Source: a virus. From it: a stretch of 64,000 bases of DNA. Shown here in pieces: positions 37,286-48,051 of this stretch. Within the stretch, counting starts at the first letter, position 1. Each line of letters starts with the position of its first letter. Under the pieces are notes generated by a model that saw only the letters and a program-made list of their open reading frames with translations, had not been told where the DNA came from and made no database searches. The translations under genes and the position numbers were made by a program. The DNA lies in the IMG/VR virus record IMGVR_UViG_3300042894_007649, positions 17,624 through 81,623 of that record, one strand, 5' to 3'.

Positions 37286-38857
37286 ATGCCCCCAAAGCCT
37301 TGTCAATTAAATAAAGAATGTTTGGAATCATATGCATGTTCTGCTCCGATGGCAGTAATGGAAGGTGCTATTTATTCTCCTTATGTGGAATTATCTTTTG
37401 GTGCTGCGAAAACGATTACTGGACAAGATCCAGAAAGATTAATTCTTACGGTTGGCAATCAATCTCAACCAAATGCTAATTTAGCTGCAATTACTTCTTT
37501 TAGTTATGGTTTTCAAAATGGTGGTGGAACTGGTCAGGGCGCTGAAATTGAGGTTATAGATAATGGTGGGGCAATGTATAGAAGCATTATTAGGGCTTTG
37601 AACAAATCTGCTGTAACGAAGAAACAAGAAGTATCTTTTACTGAATTTGATTTTGGGTGGATTGTTACGGATACATCTGGGAATAGTATGCCAAAATTAA
37701 TTACAGCGAAAAGAATTAGTGGAAAAATAATCAGAAGTATATTTTTAGAAGCCGAGACTAATTTTGATGGAGGAAATGTTAAAATAAAGATTAAACTGGC
37801 ACCTCCCTCTAATGAAGACACATCTGTGCCTCAAACTGGTAGTATTGGAACATCAGATCAGCCTGTTGATCTTAAGTATGCAATTACTCAGCTTTTGACT
37901 AGACCTGAGGTTGGTTATTCTGGTGTTGATTTTTTAGCGGCTGGTTATTATGACGCAGACAAAAAGTATGTTCCAAGTACATCAGAGCTTAATTTTCCTG
38001 CAAACATTGGTGGTGCAAAAGGACCGAAGGCAAGCTGGCCTTTAGAGCAACAGAGTGCGTTGAATGTTGTTCGCAACTGGTTGTCAACAATTACAACAGA
38101 AAATGGAAGAGGAATTTTAATTCTTTACAATAATGAAAATAATAAAATAATTATTCAGGAAGATCCTACTGATCCAAATGGAAAATGTTGTGCTGGTCAC
38201 ATTGCCACATATGTTGTTAATGGTGGAGGTTGTTCACCAGTTCTTGAATTTAATCCATCAATAAGTTGGCCAAAGGGTTTAATTCCCGGTAATGGTGGTA
38301 CTGGTGGTGGTGCGTCAGGAGGAGGAGGCCAGAATATAAATCCTATGATTGATATTCAAAAAACTGGTGCCCAAACAAATCCTGTGCTTCAGCAGCATGA
38401 ATGGCAATTTAGACCTCCTGAAGAGCATGTGGAAGCTGCTGTAATTGGTTATTCTACAAATACTAAGTCTGAGCAGTCTAGTGGAGCAGCCCCTTCTGGT
38501 GGCAAGCCAGCTTGGTCGGCAGATTTAAAAATAATGGGTGATCCTTTTTATTCTAATCCAATTTTATTTGTTGGTACTAAATTTGTTTCAATAGTTTTTA
38601 TAAATCCATATTTTTTTGGTGATGCTGCTAGTGGAACTTGGCTACAAACTTCAACATGCAATAGTATGTTGAGCAATAAAAAATATCAGGTAACTGGCGT
38701 GAGCCATAATATTGGAAATGGAACTTATACCACTACATTAAAATTAATGCTACCCGTGCCAAATATTGATGTACCATCTGGAGATTCAGCAGGAGGCAAT
38801 GGTTGTGGTAGTAAAGATCAAAACTTTGTTGATGCTTCGGGCAAATCAACAACTTAG
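37286..38857 (+). CDS. baseplate hub protein (gp27 / P2 gpD-like)
   Basis: ADLKIMGDP and KYQVTGVSHNIGNGTYTTTLKL C-terminal signature; synteny. Confidence 0.7.
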   Translation: MPPKPCQLNKECLESYACSAPMAVMEGAIYSPYVELSFGAAKTITGQDPERLILTVGNQSQPNANLAAITSFSYGFQNGGGTGQGAEIEVIDNGGAMYRSIIRALNKSAVTKKQEVSFTEFDFGWIVTDTSGNSMPKLITAKRISGKIIRSIFLEAETNFDGGNVKIKIKLAPPSNEDTSVPQTGSIGTSDQPVDLKYAITQLLTRPEVGYSGVDFLAAGYYDADKKYVPSTSELNFPANIGGAKGPKASWPLEQQSALNVVRNWLSTITTENGRGILILYNNENNKIIIQEDPTDPNGKCCAGHIATYVVNGGGCSPVLEFNPSISWPKGLIPGNGGTGGGASGGGGQNINPMIDIQKTGAQTNPVLQQHEWQFRPPEEHVEAAVIGYSTNTKSEQSSGAAPSGGKPAWSADLKIMGDPFYSNPILFVGTKFVSIVFINPYFFGDAASGTWLQTSTCNSMLSNKKYQVTGVSHNIGNGTYTTTLKLMLPVPNIDVPSGDSAGGNGCGSKDQNFVDASGKSTT

Positions 38858-38871
38858 TAAAGGCTATAAAA

Positions 38872-41259
38872 ATGGGATTTGTTAGCGATTCAGATTTTTC
38901 TTCTCTTAAAAAAAGACTAGAGACCATTGAAAATCAAATGGGTGGCATGACTTATGATATGCGTGAAGTCGTTAGAAACGAAATCATGATGAATGCCGAT
39001 GTTGTTGAGCAATCACAGACTCAATTTGGGCTATACACAGGACTATGCGTTGATACAATTGATATATGGAAGCAAAATAGAATAAGATTTTATTCTCCGA
39101 TATTTCATACGCCTAACATGAAGATAGAAGAATTGCCTTGGGCACATGCTGTGAGCAATATGGGTGGTTTTGATGATTGTGGAATGACATGGGTTCCTCC
39201 TGCTGGATCGACTGTTTGTATTTTATTTGAAAATGGAAGTAGAACATCACCTTTTTATATTGGAACAACTTGGCATAGAAACAGAGGTCCTGATGGAAAG
39301 CACAATTGGGGATATAATATTGATGAATATTATCGCATATGGGATGGAAAAAGAAAAGGATATTTAGTTGGACCAGATGATGGTTCACAAGTCTTTCCGC
39401 CTTGGAACACTGAAAATTACAATGGTTTTGATTTAACTTCTTTGGTTGATTTTGATAGCAATACTGAGGCTCAAAGACTAATTACTTATCCTCATATTTA
39501 TGGATTTAAAACGCCTGAAAAGCACATGATAAAGATGGTCGATGGCGATGCAAAATGCAATCGCAAGTGGAAAAGATTCGAGATTATGTCTAGTTGCGGC
39601 AATTGGATCATGCTTAAAGATGATCATCTTCATTATTCAGGTCAATGGGCGCATCAAGATTGTGGTGGTTCAGTTATTGATGGTGAAACTAGTTGTGTAG
39701 AAGATGCGTATAATCAAAGTCAAATAGATAAATATCGTTTAAATCAAGGAAAAGATGCTTCTGATAAAAATAGTCCGAAGCAAATTTCTAATGTTGCAGC
39801 AACAAACCCAGCATCTGTGACATCTGACGGTCATGGTTTACAAACTGGTGATCAAATACATATTAGAGACACAAATTCAAATCCACCTATTGATGGATTT
39901 TATTCAATTAATGTAACTGGCCCTAATTCATTCACAATTGACTTAGATCTTTCTGGTGGAGCTTCAGGTTTTAGTGGAACTTTTGATTTATATAATAGTC
40001 CAACAGCAAGTGAAGAGGATTATTTAAGTGCAAATACAAAAGATATTTCTCCAGAAATTGGCAAAAAATTAGAAGATTTCGATTGTGAAGGTAAATTAAG
40101 TAATAGAAAAATTATTGGTGGTCATCCTAGAACTGGCGCTCCTAATACAACATATTCTTATAATTCTCAAATTGGAGCTAATCCTTATTTTAAACATAGG
40201 CAGGAGTGTCGTCCATACAGGGGATCTCCAACCCCTCAAAACAATCAATGTGATTTGCCGCAAAGTGGTATTCAGTTGCAATCAATTTCTGGACATACAT
40301 TTGTAATGGATGATTCTGTTGAAGAACCGAGTGGTTCTCCAACATGGGATCGTGAATTTGATTTTGGATGTAATAATAAGTATGTTGGCAGAACATATTG
40401 GAAGTCGGCTACTGGTCATTATATTGAAATGAGTGATGTTGAAGGTCAGGCTGGAGACAGCAATTCAACATTAAGAAATCAAGATAACTTTATTCGTATA
40501 AGATCAGCAACTGGAAACAGTATTGAACTTAATGATCATACTGAATCGCAGCCAGATTGTTCAGGTTGTCCGCCTAATATTGCAGGAAATCGTCGTGGTA
40601 TTCATTTGAGGAGTACCAGCAATCATACCATTGACATGTCTGATGAAGGCAATGAACAATGTGGATCATGTCGTGTTGAAGGTGGTGTTCCAAAATCGAA
40701 GGCTAAAAAGGCTTATGTTAGGATTAGGACTGGCTATGGTCTTGAAATGAATTTTTCTGATGATTCAAATCAGGAAATAGCTGAAAATCAACACATACAA
40801 ATATTTTCACCTCACAAGGGTAATATAAAGGGTCCTCATATTTTGAGGTTTCAAGAATCTGCTCCAAGTAATTCTGGATTAGTACTACTAAGAGTTGGTG
40901 GTAATTATGTTTGTTATACGGTAGATAATCATTACACAGTTGTTGGAACTGAAGACGATCCGAATAATTTAGTTGAATATGTAACTAAATTCAATGTAGT
41001 ATATACTAAAAATGCTTATGTAAATGTTACTGAAAAGTCTCATTTATTTTTAGCTAAAAGTAAAATATTCCTTTTGGCTGGAGAAGATTGTCCTAGTCCA
41101 GAAGGAATACTTGGTCCTTGTTTGGCTCCAGTATGCGTTTTGAAAGATGGCGCAATTAGGGCTAGTGATCGTGTTTTTGCAAGTGCATCACCAAGTGCTC
41201 CTGTATTGAGTATTTTCCAATTGAAACCGTTCTATAAGACACCACCAGCAACAGGATGA
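38872..41259 (+). CDS. baseplate central spike (gp5/VgrG OB-fold)
   Basis: RIR...LPWA...VPPAGSTVCILFENG...PFYIG; repeated GH.(I/F).M.D motifs. Confidence 0.8.
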   Translation: MGFVSDSDFSSLKKRLETIENQMGGMTYDMREVVRNEIMMNADVVEQSQTQFGLYTGLCVDTIDIWKQNRIRFYSPIFHTPNMKIEELPWAHAVSNMGGFDDCGMTWVPPAGSTVCILFENGSRTSPFYIGTTWHRNRGPDGKHNWGYNIDEYYRIWDGKRKGYLVGPDDGSQVFPPWNTENYNGFDLTSLVDFDSNTEAQRLITYPHIYGFKTPEKHMIKMVDGDAKCNRKWKRFEIMSSCGNWIMLKDDHLHYSGQWAHQDCGGSVIDGETSCVEDAYNQSQIDKYRLNQGKDASDKNSPKQISNVAATNPASVTSDGHGLQTGDQIHIRDTNSNPPIDGFYSINVTGPNSFTIDLDLSGGASGFSGTFDLYNSPTASEEDYLSANTKDISPEIGKKLEDFDCEGKLSNRKIIGGHPRTGAPNTTYSYNSQIGANPYFKHRQECRPYRGSPTPQNNQCDLPQSGIQLQSISGHTFVMDDSVEEPSGSPTWDREFDFGCNNKYVGRTYWKSATGHYIEMSDVEGQAGDSNSTLRNQDNFIRIRSATGNSIELNDHTESQPDCSGCPPNIAGNRRGIHLRSTSNHTIDMSDEGNEQCGSCRVEGGVPKSKAKKAYVRIRTGYGLEMNFSDDSNQEIAENQHIQIFSPHKGNIKGPHILRFQESAPSNSGLVLLRVGGNYVCYTVDNHYTVVGTEDDPNNLVEYVTKFNVVYTKNAYVNVTEKSHLFLAKSKIFLLAGEDCPSPEGILGPCLAPVCVLKDGAIRASDRVFASASPSAPVLSIFQLKPFYKTPPATG

Positions 41260-41265
41260 TAAAAA

Positions 41266-41682
41266 ATGGTAATATTTGCAGGTCTACCTTATCCAACTCA
41301 AAAAACACCGAGAGGTTACTGGTATTCACAAGGTGGAGTCAATCAAATAAAATCAGACTTATTATGTCTTTTGCTAACAAACCCCGGCGAAAGAGTAATG
41401 CTTCCTGAATTTGGGACTCCTCTTAAAAAACTTTTGTTTGAACAAAATGATTCTACATTGCAGAATGAAACTCTTCGTGTAATTAGCAATTCAATATCCA
41501 AGTGGGAGCCAAGAATAGCAGTTAGAAATATTGAAGTTTCTTCGACAGTTGACTCATCTTCTTTAGACTCAGATGATGATGGAACTGAAAAAGAACATAT
41601 TTTGTTTATAAGAATAATTTTTGTCGATCCACAGAATATAAAAGAAGTACAAGAATTAACGCTAGAAATGCCGTTAACATAA
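41266..41682 (+). CDS. gp25-like baseplate wedge / sheath initiator
   Basis: LLLTNPGERVMLPEFGTPL...ISKWEPRI. Confidence 0.92.
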   Translation: MVIFAGLPYPTQKTPRGYWYSQGGVNQIKSDLLCLLLTNPGERVMLPEFGTPLKKLLFEQNDSTLQNETLRVISNSISKWEPRIAVRNIEVSSTVDSSSLDSDDDGTEKEHILFIRIIFVDPQNIKEVQELTLEMPLT

Positions 41683-41693
41683 AAGGAGAATAA

Positions 41694-43253
41694 ATGGCAA
41701 CCACAAATAATTGTCCATTTGATATTGCACCGTATACGCAATCACAGTTGATTACGACTCCGAACATTTTTAATTTGAATTATACTAATCAGGACTTTTG
41801 GTCCATGAAAACACGTTTGGTTGAATTTACCAGACAAAAGTTCAGTAATGATTTTGCTGATTTTGTAGAATCATCAATTGCTATCATGTTGATTGAAAAC
41901 TGGTCATTTATTGCAGACACTTTAAGTTTTAAGATGGATCAGATTGCGAATGAAATATTTATTGATACAGTCACTGAGTTGGAGAATGCTTTTCGTCTTG
42001 CGAAGCTTGTTGGTTTTGAGCCACAGCCGCCGATTGCTGCAAGATCATTATGGACAGCCAGTTTAAATAATTCAATTTTATCTGACTGTGTAATTGCTAC
42101 TCCTTTCAATATTACTGTTAATGCTGGCGGAACAGCTATTACGGTTGAATTATTTCCAGCAGACTCAGATAATAATCCTATTTTTGATGATCAAATTGTT
42201 ATTCCAGCAGGAAGTCTAGTTAACGCTAGTGTTGTTGGTCTGGAAGGTTCGACTCGTCGGATAAATACTGTGGGCAATGGCATAGTTGGTCAGACGATTA
42301 CTTTGGCTGAAAGTCCTGTTATTTTTGATTCAATTAGAGTTTATGTTGATGGTGTTAAATGGCAACAAGTTCCATTTTTCACTGATTCTCAGCCTAGGCG
42401 TGAGTATAGAGTTGAATATGATTCGACCTATACTGCTTTTGTAATATTCGGTAATAATAGAGCGGGACTTATACCCAATCAGGGAAGTAATATTTTAATT
42501 GTATACCGTCAAGGTGGTGGTTCGGTTGGTAACATTGTCAGTGGAACCATTGAAAAACAAGCTATTGTCAATGTTCCCGGTATTCCTTATGGAATTCCCG
42601 TTTCATTTAGAAATTACACTAAAGGTGAATTTGGTTATGATGGAGATACAATTGATGATATTAGAAATAAGTTACCAGCTTGGTCAAGATCACAAAACAG
42701 GGCAGTAACAGGCCTTGACTATAAAACTTTAACTGATCAATTTGCGACTCCATATCAAGGTCAAATTGGTAAAAGTACAGCTGTTCTTAGAAATCATGGT
42801 TGTTCTGGTAATATCATTGACATTTATATTTTAGCTAGGAATGGTGTTGATGGCCTTCAAGAAGCAAGTAGTGATCTTAAAGTTTCATTGGAAAATTATT
42901 TAAATAATGTAAAAATGATTACTGATTTTATTTGTATTAGAAATGGTTTTGTCGTAGCCGTAGATATTACTATTGATATAACAATGGATCGTTTGTACAA
43001 AAAATTTGAAGAAGAATTTAAAGTTAAAATACAAAGAAGGATAAATCAATTTTTTGCTATTTCTAACTGGGAATTTGGCGAACAATTAAAAGAAATTGAT
43101 ATTACGAAAGTTCTTTCTGATTTGAAGGAAATTACGAATATAGACATTACATTTACTACAGACGATCCAAATAATGGTGGAAATATTGTACTCGCAAGAT
43201 TTTTTGAAATCATTCGTCCAGATGTAACAACAATTGGGTTTACATTTGAATAA
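41694..43253 (+). CDS. gp6 / baseplate J-like wedge protein
   Basis: YTNQDF, FGNN..G..P, QNRAVTGLDY motifs. Confidence 0.88.
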   Translation: MATTNNCPFDIAPYTQSQLITTPNIFNLNYTNQDFWSMKTRLVEFTRQKFSNDFADFVESSIAIMLIENWSFIADTLSFKMDQIANEIFIDTVTELENAFRLAKLVGFEPQPPIAARSLWTASLNNSILSDCVIATPFNITVNAGGTAITVELFPADSDNNPIFDDQIVIPAGSLVNASVVGLEGSTRRINTVGNGIVGQTITLAESPVIFDSIRVYVDGVKWQQVPFFTDSQPRREYRVEYDSTYTAFVIFGNNRAGLIPNQGSNILIVYRQGGGSVGNIVSGTIEKQAIVNVPGIPYGIPVSFRNYTKGEFGYDGDTIDDIRNKLPAWSRSQNRAVTGLDYKTLTDQFATPYQGQIGKSTAVLRNHGCSGNIIDIYILARNGVDGLQEASSDLKVSLENYLNNVKMITDFICIRNGFVVAVDITIDITMDRLYKKFEEEFKVKIQRRINQFFAISNWEFGEQLKEIDITKVLSDLKEITNIDITFTTDDPNNGGNIVLARFFEIIRPDVTTIGFTFE

Positions 43254-43259
43254 GGAGTT

Positions 43260-46200
43260 GTGGTGCCAGTAGAATTAGATCAAAATCCGAAAATTACTGA
43301 TGATGTAAGATTTTTACTGCAAACACCAGATGCAGATGGTTGTTTTTTAACATTTCCTTACAAAATTGATAATATCACAATTTATTATGTTGAAAGAAAC
43401 TTTTCAAGTGGAAATCAAAATGAATATGCTGATAAAACTTATGATCCTAAAAAATTAGTTTTAGCGGAATCAGCAGAAGTTAACGCATGTTTAAATCCAA
43501 CTTCTGAAAACATATCAATAGCTAAAAAATTAAGATTAGATGCAGAACAAACTGTAACAAATAATTCTTTTTACTTTGATCAAGCCAATCCTGTAAAAAT
43601 AGTAGGAATTCCAACCAATCCAGCTTGGTTGACAGGCAAGCAAATTACAGGAATTAGCACTACTAATCCATCAATTATTACCTCTCCTTCTCATGGTCTT
43701 AATACAGGAGACAAGATTTTAATTTATGGTTCAAATTCTGTCCCTGCAATAGATGATGAATATGTAATAACCTACATATCAGCTAACACTTTCTCAATTC
43801 CTTTTAATCTTAATGATATTTCATATACAGCAGGAACAAGTGGTATTTGGTTTACTCAACAACAAAATGTAGATAACATACTAACTCCAATTGTTATTGA
43901 CAATAAAACTACGATAGGAACATTCGAGTATATTTGGAGTCCTTTGGGTTGCAGAGAAGGAGATTATTTTATTTGTTGGACTTGGACGCCTTTAATTGGA
44001 GGGACAAGTTTATCATCACATATAAGATTTTCTCTTGCTGGAAACACTCAAGTCACAACAAGTATACCAACACATTTTACTAATCCTGAAAAATATAAAA
44101 CATTGCTTGAAAAGTATACGCCTGAAATGTTCAAGACAATGATTTCCGACAAAGATTTAACACCAATAGTTTTGAATAATTTCAATCAAGCAGTTGCGAT
44201 GGGATTCACAACTCTTGAAAATCTTGCCAATCAAATTGTTGACTTACAAGATGCTAATTCATTACACGAAGCTTTACTTCCATATCTTGCTAATTTATTT
44301 AACTTGAAATTAAAAACAGCAGATCCAACTAAATGGCGTGGTCAAATAAAACGTGCTATACCTTTATTTAAAACCAAAGGAACAAGGAAATCACTTGAAG
44401 AATCATTCTTTCAAGCTGGAATGAGACTCGTAAGTTATAAGCAACTTTGGCAAGTAATTTCAAAATACACTTGGCAAGAATCTTTTTTATACGAAAATTT
44501 AAGTTTTGATTTTATTTTAGAAAAAACACTGATAACTCCTTTGGATAATGATAATTTTGAACTTTACATTAGACCAGTCAATAGTGATTTTTACACAACA
44601 TTAACATCTGATTATGTAACATTTTCAACTGTTGATGGCGTAACAACAATGACATGGGTTGGAGACACTCTTCTTGTTGATCCAATTGTTTTGGTTGCTG
44701 GAGACATTATAAGAGTTTTATATCAGTATCAGACAATTCCTTCGCCAACAGAACAATCACTTGAAGATTACGTTCGACTTTTACCATTAATTGATAATAG
44801 AGATGAAGTAAATCAAACCTATCCTCTTAAAAATTGGAATGTTCGTGGGATAGAGCCAGATGATGTTTTGTTCAACTTGATTATACCATCTAGACATCCT
44901 TATCATGATTTTATTGTTTATGGTAAAGTAAGAACAGAATTTCCATATAGTGAAAATATTTACAATATGGAAGAATATAATGGCAGTATTCGCAATTCCA
45001 AAGCACCATGTGATATTGATAAAAACTTTGTCGATACATGTTTTTCTTGCATTAGTAGCAGTTATAACATTGATGTCGAAATAGAAAACATATCAGATGA
45101 TAGAATTAGAGAGTTTCATGAAGTTATAAGGGAATTTGTTCCATTTCATGCTGTCCTAAACACAGTTAGGTTTTATGGAGGTCTACAAGAGTTTATTACA
45201 TCACCAATTGAAAATATTGAAGTTTTAATTAAACATAGTATTAATCAATATTGTATTTCAGGTGAAGGACAAGTGTACTTTAATAGAACAATGAAGGGAA
45301 GCAATTTAAATAATTTATCAAATAGCAATTGTGTTTTCAGAGATGAATTGGCGGATAAGACACAAATAGTTAATTCCGTTTCAGGAACTGCTTATAATAG
45401 CGACATTGTAGTTTATTGTCCTTCTGCCAAATTGACTAATCGTGGAATGAGAAATGATGGGAGCGCCATCATGGAAATTCTTAGCGGATCATATATTGGA
45501 TCATATCTTATCGATAGAGTAGAAGACAATATCGTACATTTTACAACATCGCCAACTGAACCTATTGATGAGTGTAATAATTTATTTGCATATGATGGAA
45601 CACAAAGCACTTGCTCTTTTGCTTTTAGGATTATCAATCCTGTAATTGATAATTTTAATTATGGTTCGCTTTGTGAAATTTATCAAGATGATTATGTTGT
45701 TTTTACAGATTCAGATAAAGATTTTGCCGATCTTGGCGTTGAGTCACAATTTGATGTTAATCAGGGAACATCAGTTTCGGCGTGGGAGATTCAAATACCA
45801 GCTTATAGTATGACTAATTATACTATTTTGAATATTGATCCAAATGGTAAATTAATTTTATCATATGATGGTACAATGCCAACATCTTCTGTTAGTGGTT
45901 TAACTTATACAATTTATAATGGATTGACAGCAGTGGCTACGGGAACAATTGGTGTTTTAACTGTTACAAACAGAGGAAGAACAATTGTAAATAATCCAGA
46001 TTTATTGCCAATTAGTAGTATGATCAGAGGGTCAAATTTTTATCAGAAAATTTCTTCAGTTGATTATCAAATTACAAGTCTTGTAACTGGAACAGATGAT
46101 CAGTTTTATATTTCTGGTTATATTGGCGGCACAATTGTTGGAACAAATTTATTGGTAAATCAAAGACTTATTGAAGATGTTGTTGGCTACATGACACATC

Positions 46201-46709
46201 GTGGATTAAATGTTGAAATTTCTGGTGTTGATTACGAAACAAATTTTGGAATTCAAAACGGTGCCAATACTATACTACCTTATACAGATCCAATCATAAA
46301 TAATTTTAAAGAAAATTATATTGTTCAGGTGAATGGTGAAGATTATTGGATTGCAGATATTGATGGAAATGATCCTATTGGCAGCACAACAATTAAACTA
46401 TATGGTAGAGATTCTTATTGGACAACATATTCTAATGGCGGAACGCCTGCTACTGTAAGCATATATAAATATGAAAGTAAAGGTGCTACTATTAAAGGGC
46501 CATATCCAAATCAGCCAGAACATACTTTTGAAAATATAAATAGGAACGGAAGTCCTTTTGTTACTGGAACAGAAGAATCATTGGATACAGTGGTTACATC
46601 GTTGTCTAATAAAAATGATTCTATGCTAAATGAATTAATTAAACACAACGAGGTGATATCTTATAGAATTGAATATTCAAATGGATCGAAAGAAGAAGGA
46701 AAAATATGA
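43260..46709 (+). CDS. large baseplate wedge protein (gp7 / P2 gpI-like)
   Basis: LLPYLANLF...KWRGQIKRAIPLFKTKGT...; PFHAVL; follows gp6-like gene. Confidence 0.7.
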   Translation: MVPVELDQNPKITDDVRFLLQTPDADGCFLTFPYKIDNITIYYVERNFSSGNQNEYADKTYDPKKLVLAESAEVNACLNPTSENISIAKKLRLDAEQTVTNNSFYFDQANPVKIVGIPTNPAWLTGKQITGISTTNPSIITSPSHGLNTGDKILIYGSNSVPAIDDEYVITYISANTFSIPFNLNDISYTAGTSGIWFTQQQNVDNILTPIVIDNKTTIGTFEYIWSPLGCREGDYFICWTWTPLIGGTSLSSHIRFSLAGNTQVTTSIPTHFTNPEKYKTLLEKYTPEMFKTMISDKDLTPIVLNNFNQAVAMGFTTLENLANQIVDLQDANSLHEALLPYLANLFNLKLKTADPTKWRGQIKRAIPLFKTKGTRKSLEESFFQAGMRLVSYKQLWQVISKYTWQESFLYENLSFDFILEKTLITPLDNDNFELYIRPVNSDFYTTLTSDYVTFSTVDGVTTMTWVGDTLLVDPIVLVAGDIIRVLYQYQTIPSPTEQSLEDYVRLLPLIDNRDEVNQTYPLKNWNVRGIEPDDVLFNLIIPSRHPYHDFIVYGKVRTEFPYSENIYNMEEYNGSIRNSKAPCDIDKNFVDTCFSCISSSYNIDVEIENISDDRIREFHEVIREFVPFHAVLNTVRFYGGLQEFITSPIENIEVLIKHSINQYCISGEGQVYFNRTMKGSNLNNLSNSNCVFRDELADKTQIVNSVSGTAYNSDIVVYCPSAKLTNRGMRNDGSAIMEILSGSYIGSYLIDRVEDNIVHFTTSPTEPIDECNNLFAYDGTQSTCSFAFRIINPVIDNFNYGSLCEIYQDDYVVFTDSDKDFADLGVESQFDVNQGTSVSAWEIQIPAYSMTNYTILNIDPNGKLILSYDGTMPTSSVSGLTYTIYNGLTAVATGTIGVLTVTNRGRTIVNNPDLLPISSMIRGSNFYQKISSVDYQITSLVTGTDDQFYISGYIGGTIVGTNLLVNQRLIEDVVGYMTHRGLNVEISGVDYETNFGIQNGANTILPYTDPIINNFKENYIVQVNGEDYWIADIDGNDPIGSTTIKLYGRDSYWTTYSNGGTPATVSIYKYESKGATIKGPYPNQPEHTFENINRNGSPFVTGTEESLDTVVTSLSNKNDSMLNELIKHNEVISYRIEYSNGSKEEGKI

Positions 46710-47188
46710 CAGACATCAGTACTAAAATTAAAACCCGTGGTGATGTTCAAATGATCATCAACTATACTTCGGGAGAACAAAAAATCATTGAGTTTAAAAA
46801 TACCGTTTTAGTCGGTGGCCGTGAGGCTTTGGCTGCTTCTTTGGCAAACAAATTTACAGGTAACTACCAATATTACATTAATCGTATGATTTTTGGTACG
46901 GGAGGCACTGCTGGCGGCAATCTTAAATATGTTAATGCCAGTAGAAATGGTTTGTTTTCAGGATCTCCAGTTTCAGTAAAGCCAGTAATTTCGGCTCTAG
47001 ATCCTGAGATTCCTTCTCAAGTTACTTTAACATCAGTACTTACAACTAGCGATGCTGTTGGAGAAACTTTGAATGAAATGGCCTTACAAATGGCCAATGG
47101 TGATCTTTACAGCATGGTTTCTTTTCCAGATTTGACCAAAACGAGTGAAATGAGCATTATTTGGAATTGGACTTTGAGTTTTATTTAA
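46706..47188 (+). CDS. baseplate / tail-fibre attachment protein
   Basis: KNTVLVGGR...FGTGG...LNEMAL...LYSMVSFPDLTK..IIWNWTL pattern of fibre-proximal domains. Confidence 0.6.
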   Translation: MTDISTKIKTRGDVQMIINYTSGEQKIIEFKNTVLVGGREALAASLANKFTGNYQYYINRMIFGTGGTAGGNLKYVNASRNGLFSGSPVSVKPVISALDPEIPSQVTLTSVLTTSDAVGETLNEMALQMANGDLYSMVSFPDLTKTSEMSIIWNWTLSFI

Positions 47189-47205
47189 ATAATTGAGGAG
47201 AAAAA

Positions 47206-48042
47206 ATGCCGGACCTTAATAGCCTTCCAGTTCCACAATATCAAAGCAATCAGCCTTATCATTGGGAATATGACAATCTGCCTTTAAAGACACTGGCAGA
47301 TCGTGATGAATTGATTAATGGTGTAGTTAATGTACACCAAGAAATTCTTAGAAATTGTTCAGGTACTGTTGGCACACTTGCCAATAGATTAAATCAATCA
47401 ATTCAAGAAGATGGCAATTTAAGTTCTGTTGCTGTTGACGAATCTTTACATAATATTGCTGAACATACAGATGGAGCAAAAACAATCAGTGCAGGCGATT
47501 TATTGACCTATCAGGAGCTTGGATACCCTTTGATATCCAATCCTGTTCCTTTTGTCAGAATGCTTGAAGCTGAAAGAAATAAGCTGGCCATTATTGCCGA
47601 TGAATCAACCAAATTAACCATTGATGTTAACACACCATCGTTGATTCTTACATTTGGTGATGGATCAATTGATTCGTTGAATCTTATTGAATCAAGTTCA
47701 ATACAATGGACATTTGAAGCGCCAAATTCTGTAAAGCCAGAAATAAAGTTTTCTTTAGAATATGCACATAGACATTATTATGATCTTGAACCCATTACTA
47801 GTAATTATTTAAACTATTCTGTTACAGGGGCATCAACTCCTTACATCGAAGACAGTCTTCGTGTTTTCATTAATGGCATTAGAATTAATTCTGAATATGA
47901 TGTTTATGTTCCTAACCAACAAGTAACTGTATGGACGGCAAACAAGTTTACTCCTAATCATTTATTAGGTACATTTGCTTTATCAACAGCAATTAGTTAC
48001 AATGACATAATTAGGATTGATTTTGATGTCAGTGTCACATGA
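47206..48042 (+). CDS. putative virion structural protein
   Basis: In the tail operon; C-terminal SLRVFINGIR beta-domain. Confidence 0.6.
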   Translation: MPDLNSLPVPQYQSNQPYHWEYDNLPLKTLADRDELINGVVNVHQEILRNCSGTVGTLANRLNQSIQEDGNLSSVAVDESLHNIAEHTDGAKTISAGDLLTYQELGYPLISNPVPFVRMLEAERNKLAIIADESTKLTIDVNTPSLILTFGDGSIDSLNLIESSSIQWTFEAPNSVKPEIKFSLEYAHRHYYDLEPITSNYLNYSVTGASTPYIEDSLRVFINGIRINSEYDVYVPNQQVTVWTANKFTPNHLLGTFALSTAISYNDIIRIDFDVSVT

Positions 48043-48051
48043 GGATAAAAA

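Noticed and set aside
36371-47188. Bacterial contractile injection system or eukaryotic giant virus origin
   Set aside because: Very long tape measure gene, T4-type late promoters, SD sites and phage accessory context indicate a tailed jumbo phage
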